NCBI GenBank assembly: GCA_040954595.2
Contig: CM082589.2
Span: 5,515,186 to 5,579,185 of the forward strand
Direction of reading: 5' to 3'
Origin: Balanoglossus misakiensis
Taxonomy: Eukaryota > Animalia > Hemichordata
Length of the DNA stretch: 64,000 nucleotides
Shown here piece by piece: positions 12,471-24,815 of the stretch. Numbering within the stretch: position 1 is the first letter of the stretch; each line of letters starts with the position of its first letter. The notes under the pieces are model-generated. The model searched no databases, was not told the origin of the DNA, and was given only the letters and a program-made list of their open reading frames with translations. The position numbers and the translations under genes were made by a program.

Positions 12471-13344
12471 TGTCGATTTGAAGCTCGAGTTGGGGCCGTT
12501 AGGAGCCAGATATACGACTCGGACTAAACGTTGGAGCTGTCACGGTGTCGTCGTGTCCTCTACGGAACTTTCTACGGGACATTGGACTTGATTAGTTCTC
12601 ATTTCCACACCAGGTCACACTCAAAGGTAGTCTCTTATTTTGTGTACTTTCAGACTGAGTGTAGAGTGTTTAATGTTTAGTATTACTTTATTTGCTGTAA
12701 TTAATTAAAATTTACCATAATTAAGCCTTAAGGCAATATCGCTGTTGTTTGACTGTTGTTGACCATTTTTGTTGCGTACAGCGCTGGCTGGTTCATTTTA
12801 AAGCGAGGCATTCTAATTTGTTTACTGCCCTTATTAGACATCGATCGACCAGCGTGTCGCGACAATGGTGTTCCACAAAATCACGCACGGAGGGATTTTG
12901 GTTCATTTTAACGGAGTTCTTTAAAAGGGGAGAAAGAAGGGCTTTTCCTAAACAGAAGCCCGGCCCGTGAAAGGATTAGATCGTATATCAGACAGTCTAA
13001 ATTCAAAAAAGTAAGTTTGGGCGTACAGGGCTGGCGTACTCGACAGCACTATATGACACGAGCACTGATAGGATATGAACGTTCTTTAATTGGCGCATAC
13101 GAAATGTTATCCAATGGCACAGTGTGTAATACATGGACAGAAACTACAATATGTCGCTCTGTTTTATTGAGGTCAAACTGTGGTCATGTGAGAAATAGAA
13201 TCTCGCATACCATACACCTACGACCATTAGATTTGTCACATGGGAGACAATATATTCCAGAGTGTGAGATTATATTAGTCCATTGACGTACGTGAACTCA
13301 TGATTAGTCTCACCCCGAATATATGTTGTCTCCTTCATGCATTC

Positions 13345-13410
13345 CACCCAAGCATCTGATGAGGGGAGACTGCATGTCTCCGATAGCTCAAGCTTTTGTA
13401 CCAATAATTA
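13345..13410 (+). ncRNA. Degenerate minimal hammerhead-ribozyme-like motif (Penelope-like element end?)
   Basis: CTGATGA (13356) followed by a GGAGAC/GTCTCC stem, GATA (canonical GAAA), AGC-tcaa-GCT-T and then an AATAAT signal. Confidence 0.35.
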
Positions 13411-13599
13411 ACCTTTGAGTGTTGTCAAACCCTAGTATGTACATATTACATCGAAGCTACGGCTATGCACTACTATTTATAATTATTCCGTAGAACAGAC
13501 TGGACTCTGACCCATACACTTCCGACGACAACGTCCAGCCTCCCAGGTCAAGCGCATGCATTGCAAAAATATGTCAGTGTACTATTTAGCATTAGAGTC

Positions 13600-13750
13600 A
13601 TACAGTCACCTCCAATTTACATACGCCCATATATAATATGGCTGAAATGGCGTATTTGAGTGTTCTAAAGAACATATTTTTTCGCATGTGCCACCCACTA
13701 AAAATCTGTCATTGGCTAGATCTCAATTTGCCATGGTAACTGTAACTAAA
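13600..13750. mobile_element. MITE family member (same family as 21291-21487 and ~50088-50234)
   Basis: Shared core gccaccca..aaaatctgtcattggctagatct and termini ca.tcacc / ggt.a.tgta. Confidence 0.55.
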
Positions 13751-14477
13751 TTTGCATAGGTAAAATAACGTATTTTGTGTTGTGAGATCAGTTGAAGGTT
13801 TTAAGGGACCGGTGGACATGAACATTGCGTGTCCAGCAGTTGCGTACAACTAATTTGCATTTTGACATTGATATCTTTAATATTGTCGTTCTCACCTTTC
13901 TTGATATGACTAAGTAGAATCACTGTGTATCAGGGTATCCGTCAAACTGAGAAAGGTGCAGTGTCATCTGGTCTTTTCTCCACTTATAAATCCGCCGATT
14001 ACATAGAATAACAATTTGTTTCTCCACAATCAGCGCTGACAGCCATGTTAGATCACACAATATCAATCCACTTTCGTAGTCAAATGGAAGGCGTGAATTC
14101 GCGCGAAATTCCACACTTGTCTCCCCAAAATGTACGTTTGCACATGCACGTGCAGAGATCAACGTATCTTGACATACACATACTAGTAGTGTTTTTACCG
14201 CGTGTTCAGTGTTCAGCACGTCTGTGTTTCATTCATTCAGTTATCAGAACTGGTAACCTAGCCCCACAGCCTCCGCCAATCGCGGCTCGCGCCAAAAGCC
14301 CACATACAACATTTAAACTCCTCCCACAAGCTTCCAGTGTAAAATGTGCTCAATGTAAAGTGTGCATGTGTCATTTGTGATTAATGATGTTGGTGCCGTG
14401 CATGTGTTGTGGCGGGATTTCCAAGCAAAGTCTTCAAAACCAAGGGACGAGGAAGAGTTTGCCACCTCTTGCATCTA

Positions 14478-14970
14478 CAGTGAAACCTGTCATTATGACC
14501 ACCTCTCTAATCAGGACACCTCTCTATTAAGGATTTAACAGAATTTTCAAGACAAATGTCACGGTTTGAATAGAATACTACCTGGGTATTAAGGACATAT
14601 CTCTCTTAAAGCCCCTTAGAGCTGCCAAATTTCACATATTTTTTTCCATAATAAAATACTTCGAATTTATTCCCTATCCTTTAAAATCCTCACCATTAAG
14701 CCATATTACTTGTATTTGCATCAGTTTGTCATCTCTCGGCGACGCATACCACGATAGCTGCGTACTGTTTTTATGGAGGCTGATTAAATCGGTGCGGCAC
14801 CAGTTTAATACATGGCGTGTTCAAATTGCAACATACAGCCACGATAAGATGTTGATGTATACCTATCAGTAAGCTTGTTTCTATGTACTCAGTTGGAAAA
14901 TAAAATCATGAAAATAATGCAAAAAGTGGCAGCTGTAGAGGTTTTTTCTGGTCCCAGGGGTGTTTCACTG
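14478..14970. mobile_element. Tc1/pogo-like MITE with TA target site, containing a nested TTAA-type (Kolobok-like) MITE at ~14606-14945
   Basis: TA|CAGTGAAAC...GTTTCACTG|TA terminal inverted repeats. Inner element ttaaagcccct.agagctgcc...ggcagctgtagagggt. Confidence 0.65.
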
Positions 14971-15695
14971 TATATCATATTCATGGACAGAAGAACATGG
15001 TACAACCACAGAACTCCGTGACCTTTGCGAGCGATTTGTGCGTACATAATTATTTTCACAAGTGGTGTGGGTATTTTACGGAACTACTTTCGCGATCGAG
15101 CACAGCGAGTGAAAGTACAGCAAAATACTCCGCATCACGGGTGAAAAATAACTCCTGTCACAGTCCCTCAAGAAAGAGAAGGAACTGTGCTTCTGTGCAG
15201 TGCAGATCCCGCGCATAGGTAATGGAATTTTGCTATTATTGCACATGTTTCCTTAGATATATCGAATATTGAAGTTACGTTCACGGCGTTTGATTTTCAA
15301 TGCAGTGATGCGGCAGGGATGACGCAACCCAGAGACGGTCGCTCATTGGCCAAGCTTGGCAACTTTTGTTATGCAAAGAAGGGTCATGTTGGGTCAGGTC
15401 ATCAGTGGCTTAGCTCAGGTCGCGAGATCGTAATATTCGAGAACAACATTGACGGTAGCGTGAGATAATCTGTAAAGTTAAAAGTTCCCAAATATACTGA
15501 TAACTAATGTTTTTTTCTGGTGATAGATGGGAAGCATAGTAAAATAACATGCCGAATGTTGAATAATCTCCACATTTTGGCGATCGTAATGCTTCAAGCG
15601 TTCTTTGTGTTCAATGTTTATACTAGTAAACAGAACACAGAAAGTAGTCCTACATGTACATGTTTACTCATTTGCCTAAGATAAAGGGGAAATCC

Positions 15696-16292
15696 GCTGT
15701 AGCTGATTTCTACATAATTTGGTAGCTTTGATGTCTCTCTTTCAGAAAAAAACATATTCGCCATGTATAGGTTGCGCGATTTTTTACAAAATCTAGGGAA
15801 AGTTGGCAGAATTTCCAATATGGCGTTTACTGTAATTTGAATCATGGGAAAAAAAGCGCCAGGAGCAACTTCCGCCCACCATGGTGTGGGTGATACCATT
15901 CTCCGATTGGTGTCACTGGGCGACAGACTAGGCGTATTTTCATAGCTATTGTTTGTTCTTTGCATCAGTTGATAAACAATCATCAGCAAAGTCGAAAATT
16001 TGTCATCTATTGACAGTTTTCATGAGCTATAACCCATGAAAAATATGCAAATACGCTTAGCTTGTGACACAGTGACACCAATCGGAAAATGGTATCACCC
16101 ACACCAAGGTGGGCGGAAGTTGCTCCTGGCGCTTTTTTTCCCATGATTCAAATTACAGTAAACGCCATATTGGAAATTCTGCCAACTTTCCCTAGATTTT
16201 GTAAAAAATCGCGCGACCTATACATGGCGAATATGTTTTTTTCTGAAAGAGAGACATCAAAGCTACCAAATTATGTAGAAATCAGCTACAGC
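15696..16292. mobile_element. Foldback element: ~240-bp near-perfect inverted arms (15696-~15940 / ~16050-16292) with a spacer holding part of the 88-bp minisatellite unit
   Basis: The ORF track gives nearly the same peptide on opposite strands (MVSPTPxWAEVAPGAFF...), and the arms are reverse complements. Confidence 0.85.
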
Positions 16293-16855
16293 TACGTCTG
16301 AAATTTGTCAAATGACTAGAAACTTGGCTGGTGAAAACTGTTCATACGTGACTGTTATGCATGACTGATTTGTATTTAGTATAAATCATAATAATTCAGA
16401 AGTTTTAAAAGACTCGATCTTGCTGTTTTAACTAGCATTCAACAGTGACTACTTTATTTCATATGAGCTGTGAAAAATACCAGTTTTATTTCGCAGATGA
16501 AATAAGTTATTTTTTCTATATCCGCACTTTTAAGACGCAAAACAAAGAAACCGTTCCAGTACTACGAATTTTTTGGTGACACAGTCATAGAAAGACTGGG
16601 CTTTTCAATGATATAGCGGTCTTTGGTTTAACAAATCCATTGCCTGTTTAGAACTACCATGACAAAGAATGAAAAAAAATCCCCCATACCGCGGATTCTT
16701 GCGCAGTCGCTTGACAATTGTGCGTTGTTTACACGGCGATCGCCTATGACTCAGAGGTGAACAACGCACAGTTTTCATGTGCTTGATGAAACCCAAGAAT
16801 TTAAAAATAAGCATGATGCAACGTTGAGCTCACCCACCCAGTCCTACAACATGTA

Positions 16856-17036
16856 CAATGTAAACAAAAGTTTAAATAAACATGGACTGTTTGAACTGAG
16901 AAGCACAGTCCTTGTTCTGTATCTAACAACATCAGAGTGGTCGTCAATGTAAACAAAAGTTTAAATAAACATGGACTGTTTGAACTGAGAAGCACAGTCC
17001 TTGTTCTGTATCTAACAACATCAGAGTGGTCGTCAA
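16856..17036. repeat. Exact 89-bp tandem duplication
   Basis: caatgtaaacaaaagtttaaataaacatggactg...cagagtggtcgt occurs at 16856 and 16945. Confidence 0.9.
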
Positions 17037-17324
17037 CTGCCTACAGTGGAATGTTTGTGGTTGTAACAGTGGTGATATTAAAATGCCTGAGACTTCGTGA
17101 CTCGATTGAATCATTGAATTACTGCGTTAGAGTAAACAGGCGAAATGCAATGAATCATTCCGGATCTTAATTGTGAAATGTGCATGAGGTCATGTCTTTT
17201 TGTGTTTTTCGAGATCACTGTGAAGCCAGGAGATTCTGCAGAGGGCGCTCTTCTAGGATGATATTCTTTCATCCAAACTCAAAAAGATATGTGAACTGGA
17301 GTAAAGACTAGAATGACATTCATA

Positions 17325-17449
17325 TGTTGTTGTTGTTGTTGTTGTTGTTGTGTTGATGAGAATGAATGAATGAATGAATGAATGAATGAATGAATGAATG
17401 AATGAATGAATGAATGAATGAATGAATGAACGAATGAATGAATGAATGA
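17325..17449. repeat. Compound microsatellite (GTT)n + (GAAT)n
   Basis: Directly visible. Confidence 0.95.
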
Positions 17450-18636
17450 AAGTTGGGCATGTCACCAGTTGTCAATATACTAATTTCAATAGGAAAAGGC
17501 AAAACCATATTCTCTCTAATTTACTGATACAGATTCTGCGAGTTTTAATGACAAACGCAGTTCAGGCAGGTTTATACAGGCAAAGGGCGTGTCACATTCC
17601 CTCCATGGGCGTTGTCTTTTGTTAAGCGCCACCAACAGAACTGAATAATGCAGCCTTTTGTTTTTAGGACTGTGTGCACTTGACGTACTATCCAGTATTC
17701 AGATATCAACAATCATTGTTCGTGTTCAGCCATGAAAGAAAATGCAAAATATAGCTATCTCCCAGAAAATACGATATATCACATTCAAGCATCATTGTAC
17801 CCAATCAAACTCCCACAACCAACAATATTTTAAACCATTGTAATCTTTATTATACACCAGTCAAATATAGACATTATAACTAAAATAATTAAAATATTCA
17901 CAAAAGTAACTTTGGTGACAAGAATATAATGGCAGACATGAAACTTGACCACAACCTTAAAATAACATTTTTCACTTAATTTTACCCATAAAATATTGTT
18001 TTCACAAATGTATGTACATCTGTGTATATTTGCATTGTTAAAGCAGCCATATATGGTGATACAGTGATAGTCACCCCATTCTGTTACAGGAGAAAATATA
18101 AAGTAACTTACTTCGATATTGGTAAAAATAAGTTATCACCAAAAGCCAGGAGGATAATTCAATTTGGGCAAGGATCATTTACATGTTACCTGGCCAATAA
18201 AACGACTGCAGTATGTATTGATGAAGTTAAGTAGCCCTCATTAAGCGTGACTTGTGAGTACTGCAGTGAAAACTATACGTAAACAATGGGAAAGTATAAT
18301 TTTCGCCAAGGTAGTTTTAGCGGAAAAGTGAATCAAGCAAAAATAAGTTCAAAGTTGAAATTAAGTTTTCAACAGTAGTCCTTAAGTAAAAGGTATCATT
18401 TGAAAAATTACATTTGATAAAAACTTTGAAATAAGAGTATATCCTGAAAATAACAGCAGTTCATTATAAGACTTAAAGAACATCCATAAAATATATTTAC
18501 CAAGTTTTGTACTTTATGTAATATAATGGCAAGTTTATCGAAACATGTGACCTGTTACAAGAAGTAAAATAGTACCATCTTCAATTTAAACAATTTGCAA
18601 AAATCCCAATTCCTCTAGGATTTTTAAGGAAGCCTG

Positions 18637-21600
18637 TTAGACCAACTGATTTCCTGTACCGAAAATTGAGAAGACGGTCCAACCAACTGCGACCACACAC
18701 GCTGCGGAGTTGAAGACCACTGTCCAGCTGTTGGTCAGTTCTAGAATGTGACCAGTGATGTAGACTCCGATGAAACCGGGCATCGCTCCGACAGTGTTCA
18801 TTACACCTGTAATGAAGAAAATAAGGACGCGGTCAAAAAAGTCAGTTTTCTTTAATTTTTCTCAGTTTTGATAATTCAGTCAGTGCATTTAAGCCCTTCA
18901 CCCCCAGTTCTCTCGTTAGAAGTCCAACCTTACCGTAGAAAACAATGGGTTTGGACTGAACCACGGTGGTGAAAGGGGTAAGATAACTCGACTTACCGAA
19001 GACGGACCCTGCCCAGTTCGGAGCCAAGTCTTGAGGATTTGTTAAGACACCTGCATTGCTGAAGGATTGGAAGACTAACGCAGAAGCAGCAAATATGAGT
19101 GCAGCATTAAAACTTTCTGTCTTGCCGATGGCTATGAGACACACCATAATACCCGTGGATGCTACTGTCTGTGAAGGAAATAAAAAGGATTAGGTATTTT
19201 ACACTTTAAGTTGTAACAAAGCTTCAATGCTTTGTCAGTAATACGTGACAGTTCCGAACACTTTATGTATGCAGAAAAAAAGTCAAAATTGTTTAGATTA
19301 TACATCTCTGTCTGTCTCCAAGAAGAAAATCATACTTACATGTATAAATTTTCTGGCATATGTGACAGAGTGTCCAGATGCAACTATGTAGTCAGCAACG
19401 AGGCCTGTCACAATGGATGATGGGATTGATACAATCCATGGTACGACATTAAAAACCCAGCCCTGAAAAAAAACACCAAAATCGTCTTCATAAAAAAATC
19501 TGTCTGCTGTATGCCAACAACTCTAAAACAATTATTCATGCTGCACAAACAATAATAAACTGAGATAAACTGAGAGACTCTACCTTCTGTTCAGGGTATT
19601 TTTCTGTAAAATAGGTGGGTAACCAGGAAAACAATAGAAAGAAGGAATAATTTATACAGAAGTGCCCCATGACCATAGCCCTGCAATAAAACACAATTGT
19701 CAGTCGTGGTACAGGCTTACAAGGCCAAGGGAATCTTGTTTCAAAATGAATGTATGATGGTGATGGATATGTGAAAACTTACCAAAATCCAGGATGTTTG
19801 AGCAGTACCCTCCACGGAACACTCCCCGGTGAGATTGCCTCTGACGGCCTCACCACATCATCTGGCGTCTTGACGATGCCATTGTAAAATAACCGTATGT
19901 CTATTTTCTGTTTCATTAAATAAACCCGCACAGTTAAAGCCCAGAGGATGGCACAAGCACCAAACATGTAAAAAACACTGTGCCAGTGGTATTTCTCGAG
20001 CAAGACCGATCCTACACTACCAGACAGTAGATTTCTAAAAAGAAAGAGAAAGTAAGTGAGAATAATATGCAAGAGGTCGTAATATTCCAAATCGATATCT
20101 GATGTATTTCAGTCTAAAATCGTGTCTACTTTGGTGTATAAATAGAATTATAGCTTATTTCGTATTGTTGCATGTATGTATTGTACATGCAATGTATTTA
20201 TAACTTTATGTAATAAAAAGTGACCTTTTTTAACTTACAGTTTTAGCTACACAGAAGGAATGTACTGACCATTTTTTTTATCAACACAGTTAAAGAATGT
20301 ATCCCCTTTGAAATGGTGAAGAACCAGGGAAAAAATGTGCAAATGTGATATGTTTTGCAGAGTAACAAATGTAACCAGAAATGGAGGAAAAAAAACATAC
20401 AATAATTACAAACAGACTTAATTGATATAAATTGTGTGTTTAAATAGGATGAAGCTGAGTGAATACATTGTTTGCAAATTCAGTTTTCAGTTGCAGCTTA
20501 CTATGCAGGTTGTTTTAAAGACAGCAGGTTAGAAAACTTAACATCACGGAGAGATAGCAGATTTTAGAATCTAGGCTCGCCTTACCCTGCCAAGCCACCC
20601 GATAATACAGTGGTATAAATCACTGTCTTTTGTCTGCAGTGCGACAGCTTCTTACTAATAATGCTGGTTATGGAAGGATAATGGAATGCTGGAATAACAA
20701 AGGAAGTCTGTGTGATAAGATGCAAGGTAACAGATAAGGGTGTGACACTAACGTTAATACTAACTGCCAAAACAGATTTGAATCCTGAAGGACACTGGTT
20801 TGGATTTTGTATGGTGTAATGATCTCCAAACATAAATTCTTTTTTTCAGTGAAACTACAAGGTTGGTGAATCTACTGAAATTGTGACCATATCATGAATT
20901 TCTGCCAATGTGATATATGTGTACAAGTTATGGTGCAATCAGGATTCAAATGTGTTTTGCAGAAGCTGTAAAACAAAGGTGTGTGTGTACCGCATGCAAA
21001 ACCACGGCAATTCAGAGAGTGTTCTGTACGTCATGCGGTGTCTAAAAGTTAAACAGGGGCTATGCCAGCTAATAGGAAATAGGACAAACAATGAGATAAT
21101 AGCTTTTTTTTAAATCTGGTCCTTTTAGCCTCTGCTATGTTTTCAGATATATCCTGGCCCCACTCTGAGCACAGATATATTTGGTTAACCAGCCAGTAGG
21201 TACAAAGATATACTTTGTAGACTCCTGACATTCAGAACACTTTCCTTTCACTATAAACAAAACTGTGTGCAAAGTGCAGTTGAAAACACTTTAAAGGGAA
21301 ACAATCACCTCTAGTTTACATTAAAGGGATACAATCACCCCAAATTTATATATATGTCCGTATATGTTTAAACGGGCATGTCCAGGTCTTTGAATCATGA
21401 CCATGTGGTGGCACACCTTTTTCACATGGCCACCCAAGTGAAAATCTGTCATTGGCTAGATCTGCATAGGTGATTGTACGCCTTTAAGCACTGGAATTGG
21501 TGCCTCTTACCCAGCGTAAGTACCCGATATCACAGTTGTGTAAACATATTTACTAGAACTGTCAACCTTCCTGCCCAGAAGACTTGTCATAGAAGGGTAA

Positions 21601-22170
21601 TGAAAAGCTGACAAGAGAGTGGTAGACAGAAAGAAAATGTTAGAGTACCCCTTAACGAGAGAATAATTATAGTGTTCTAGGGGAGGGCCTCTGGATTGAC
21701 GATCCCCAAGTCAAAATTCAATGTGTGTGTCCAGATGGCAAATTACTGAACACAGATGGAATCATAACATTCAGTCGTATATGATGTTGTTAGAATTCTG
21801 GCTGCTTTAAATAAATAGGTTTTTACATCGTGCTAAGGGGTCAAAACCGTCAAATCACACAATAATAAAAATGTTGCAGGGAGAAGAATAAGAAACAGTA
21901 GTGTATTCACCGAACATTGTCCCTTTAACTTGGAAATGCTACCCACTTACCTTGTATTGCACCATAAGTCACCCTGAGTAAAACCATAAAAGTTAACTGT
22001 GATGCTTTGTCTTGGTAGAGGTACGTGAGATACGGCGTGAGGATTGTGAGCAGTCCCCATGCGATGGCCGCCAGTGTTACGATGAAGTCTCCGCCGTATT
22101 TATCGCTGATGTATCCAGACAGGAATTGTGTCAGTGCGTAGCCCCAGAAGAAAGACGACAGCACTAGTCC

Positions 22171-22233
<63 letters not shown>

Positions 22234-23394
22234 AGAACAAGACACTGTAGTTGTTCCGTGGAAGAAACAAAGTGAAATAATCATACGGCCTGTCACATGG
22301 ACAACATCATGATCTTTAGCCTGCCCTCGAGCTGGTGATCTCTATAACCATAATATTGATGATAACCTCGCCTGCGGGTCAGGCATCATCAATCTAATGG
22401 TCAGAGATCACCATCCCTCGTGCAAGTTAAAAACTATGATATTGCCCTCACTACTGTGTTATACCGCTGAACACTCTCGAGCTATAATTATTGAAATGGT
22501 CACAGCTGCTGTTTGTGTGTGTGACAGCAGTTTTACGTAACAAAGGATGCAAGTGATTATAGATTCAGGTTTAGTATAACGTATGTTCAAATTGCAAACT
22601 CACAGTTTCTGCCTTGTCCCAGCCGAATTCTTTGGAGATTGAAACTGCACACAATGGCATTGCATTTCTAGCTGCGTATACAATGGCAGTCCCTAAAAAT
22701 AAAGCCAAGGTCCATGCCCGCTTTTCCCGTCTACTTGGAGGGGGAAAGAGCAAATGGTATCTGATTAGTGATTATTGGTGATATTTATGATAAGCTTTAA
22801 ATTCTTTAATAGAACTTTGCTCTCTGTATATAATTTACCGTGCATAGCTTGTGTGGGTTTTAATATTGTAGTTCTTATGCAGGGGGTTTGCCCACTTACA
22901 CATAGACCGCTGCCAAAATCGATCACTACCCACACTACGTAATGGGTATGCCGATAGAGGGACTCGATCAGCCGCACCGCCCCTCCCCTCCGGGGGGGGG
23001 GGGGGAGGAGGTGCAGGGCAGTCAACAATCGACTCCATCATCGAGTACTCTATAGACATTGCCTAACAACCAAGCTGTTGAGCAAGGTTTTGATTGTGTG
23101 TGTGTTGGAATGTGACAAAGTCAAAGTTTGGTTTTGCCATGCCATAGGCATAGGTACATGTATCCACCCCCAGCCCTGTATGGTGGTCCAGCCCTTCCCT
23201 TTGCCCGGGCACCGGGAATCGCTCCAAGATCCGATCGTGCGAAACCGTGAATCGGACTGTTGATTTAATGATCAACATGATCCTACTTATACTCGCCTGT
23301 TCCAGTAATGCACTGCCGCCGCTGCTTTGTTGTTTGTGGAGTCAGACAGGGAGATCTGCAACGTGGAATACACCTCTCCCCTGGCCGCAGCCAT
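18637..23394 (-). CDS. SLC17A9: Vesicular nucleotide transporter (VNUT) family, copy A, intact
   Basis: Exons 23394-23297, 22730-22604, 22170-21951, 4a 21607-21511 or 4b 20688-20586, 20034-19783, 19680-19584, 19462-19340, 19168-18997, 18806-18637. Motifs YAARNAMPLC..FGWDK, GLVLSSFFWGYALTQ, FHYPS, SWLPTYF, GWVFNVVPW, NPQDLAP, GVMNTVGAMPGF match SLC17A9. Confidence 0.92.
18889..18981. mobile_element. Short TTAA-flanked (piggyBac-like) MITE; second copy inverted at ~26962-27053
   Basis: TIR ccct(t)tcacc...ggtgaaaggg and shared core caatgggtttggactgaacca. Confidence 0.7.
21291..21487. mobile_element. TTAA-flanked Kolobok-like MITE between exons 4a and 4b of SLC17A9 copy A
   Basis: ttaaaggga.acaatcacc ... 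ggtgattgtacgcctttaa inverted termini, with the left terminus duplicated. Confidence 0.65.
22173..22229. repeat. (GA)n/(TC)n microsatellite forming the polypyrimidine tract of SLC17A9-A exon 3
   Basis: On the minus strand (CT)n abuts CAG|GGA CTA GTG. Confidence 0.9.
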
Positions 23395-24021
23395 GTTTGT
23401 AAATAGAAATGTTACCCAGGGTTCATTTCGGATTGTTGACCTCCCGAGATGTGTTGCGTTGACGACGCGACGCACAGCTGGGATAAGCGGAAGGCAAAAA
23501 CGAAACAATTGACCACGGCTTCGTATAAAATCTGTATAGAATTTGTGTATTTTAAAACTGTTGAAAATGGCAAACTGCACTGCGCTGAGACCATATGTTA
23601 ATTTCGTGACTCAGTTCAGGTCATAGTGCAAAGGTCACGAATCAACAGTAAACACATATGTGATTCATTGAATCAGTACATTATGAGTGTGGGGTTAAGT
23701 ACCGGTCTTTACTCGTCTGTAATTTCTCTGCAACAATTACCTGCACACCGTTAGTACTCTACGCAACATCGCCACTATTGTACACGTTGACAACACCTCT
23801 ACGTAAAACCGATCGCTTGTAGTGAATGAACGAAAAACCGGAAACAGATCAGGTGTGTCGCTAAGGAACCGTGGACGTGGCATTGATTGCCGCCGAGAAG
23901 GTGATCGAGTCAGGATGGAATTGTTTTGAGAAAAGCAAAGGTTAGCTATACTATCTGCTTCATCCTGGACTGAAGATAAGGACAGTATAATAGTTGATCT
24001 GATCACGGACGGTGCACAAAG
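23395..24021. promoter_or_regulatory. Putative bidirectional promoter of SLC17A9 copies A and B
   Basis: Start codons diverge ~630 bp apart. TGACTCA at 23607 and AGTGCA-A-AGGTCA (DR1-like) at 23625-23637. Confidence 0.55.
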
Positions 24022-24718
24022 ATGTCGAAGACCAACGCCCATCATGTTAAATCAGTTGACCTTGACGTTGCACTGTCACCACTGCTGGGCGAAACAGAAG
24101 AATCCCAGTTCATTGAACTTGACACAACTTCAAAAACCACCCACAGCAGGAACCCTAATTTAAACAAACATTGGAAAGGGTGAGTATTAATTTATAAGTT
24201 ATATCCCTTTATAATTATATACTATCTTTTTGCCAGAATTTTGGACAAACGTGGATGTCAATTTCGCTCCAGGGTCTTTGTATTCACTGTCACATATTGA
24301 TGGGCGTGTCGGTGCATCTTATTAAATGTACTTGTCTTATCGGTAGTAATTAAAGGTATCAGCATGTACACTTTAATTGTTTTGGGGAGAATATTAATTG
24401 TAAATACAGTATATTAATTTTGTAGATATAGAGACTGCAAATTATAAAAGTATGAATTATATTGCTGCTGGATAGTACCATATGGTATAGATTCTGAATT
24501 TAAAATGATATGAAAATTTATGTGCATGCAAATAGTGGGAGGTTAGACACCTGTGCATGCATGGTCATAACTTTATTTTAGTGAGGCTTTGTCTATAAAT
24601 ACCCACATGTACTGTGTTTGGAATTAATTATTAGAAGAGCAACATATTATGTGTGTTCTTTTGTGATGTATTGCACACACACATCTATCTGCCACAGATG
24701 TTATAATATTATCATCAC

Positions 24719-24815
<97 letters not shown>

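Noticed and set aside
15618-16301. Two ORFs with nearly identical peptides on opposite strands
   Set aside because: A consequence of the inverted repeat; no protein-family features.
17253-17508. FIHS-repeat ORFs
   Set aside because: Translations of the (GAAT)n microsatellite.
22978-23012. C-run/G-run able to form a hairpin or G-quadruplex
   Set aside because: Simple homopolymers that are common in such genomes and error-prone in sequencing; no supporting context.
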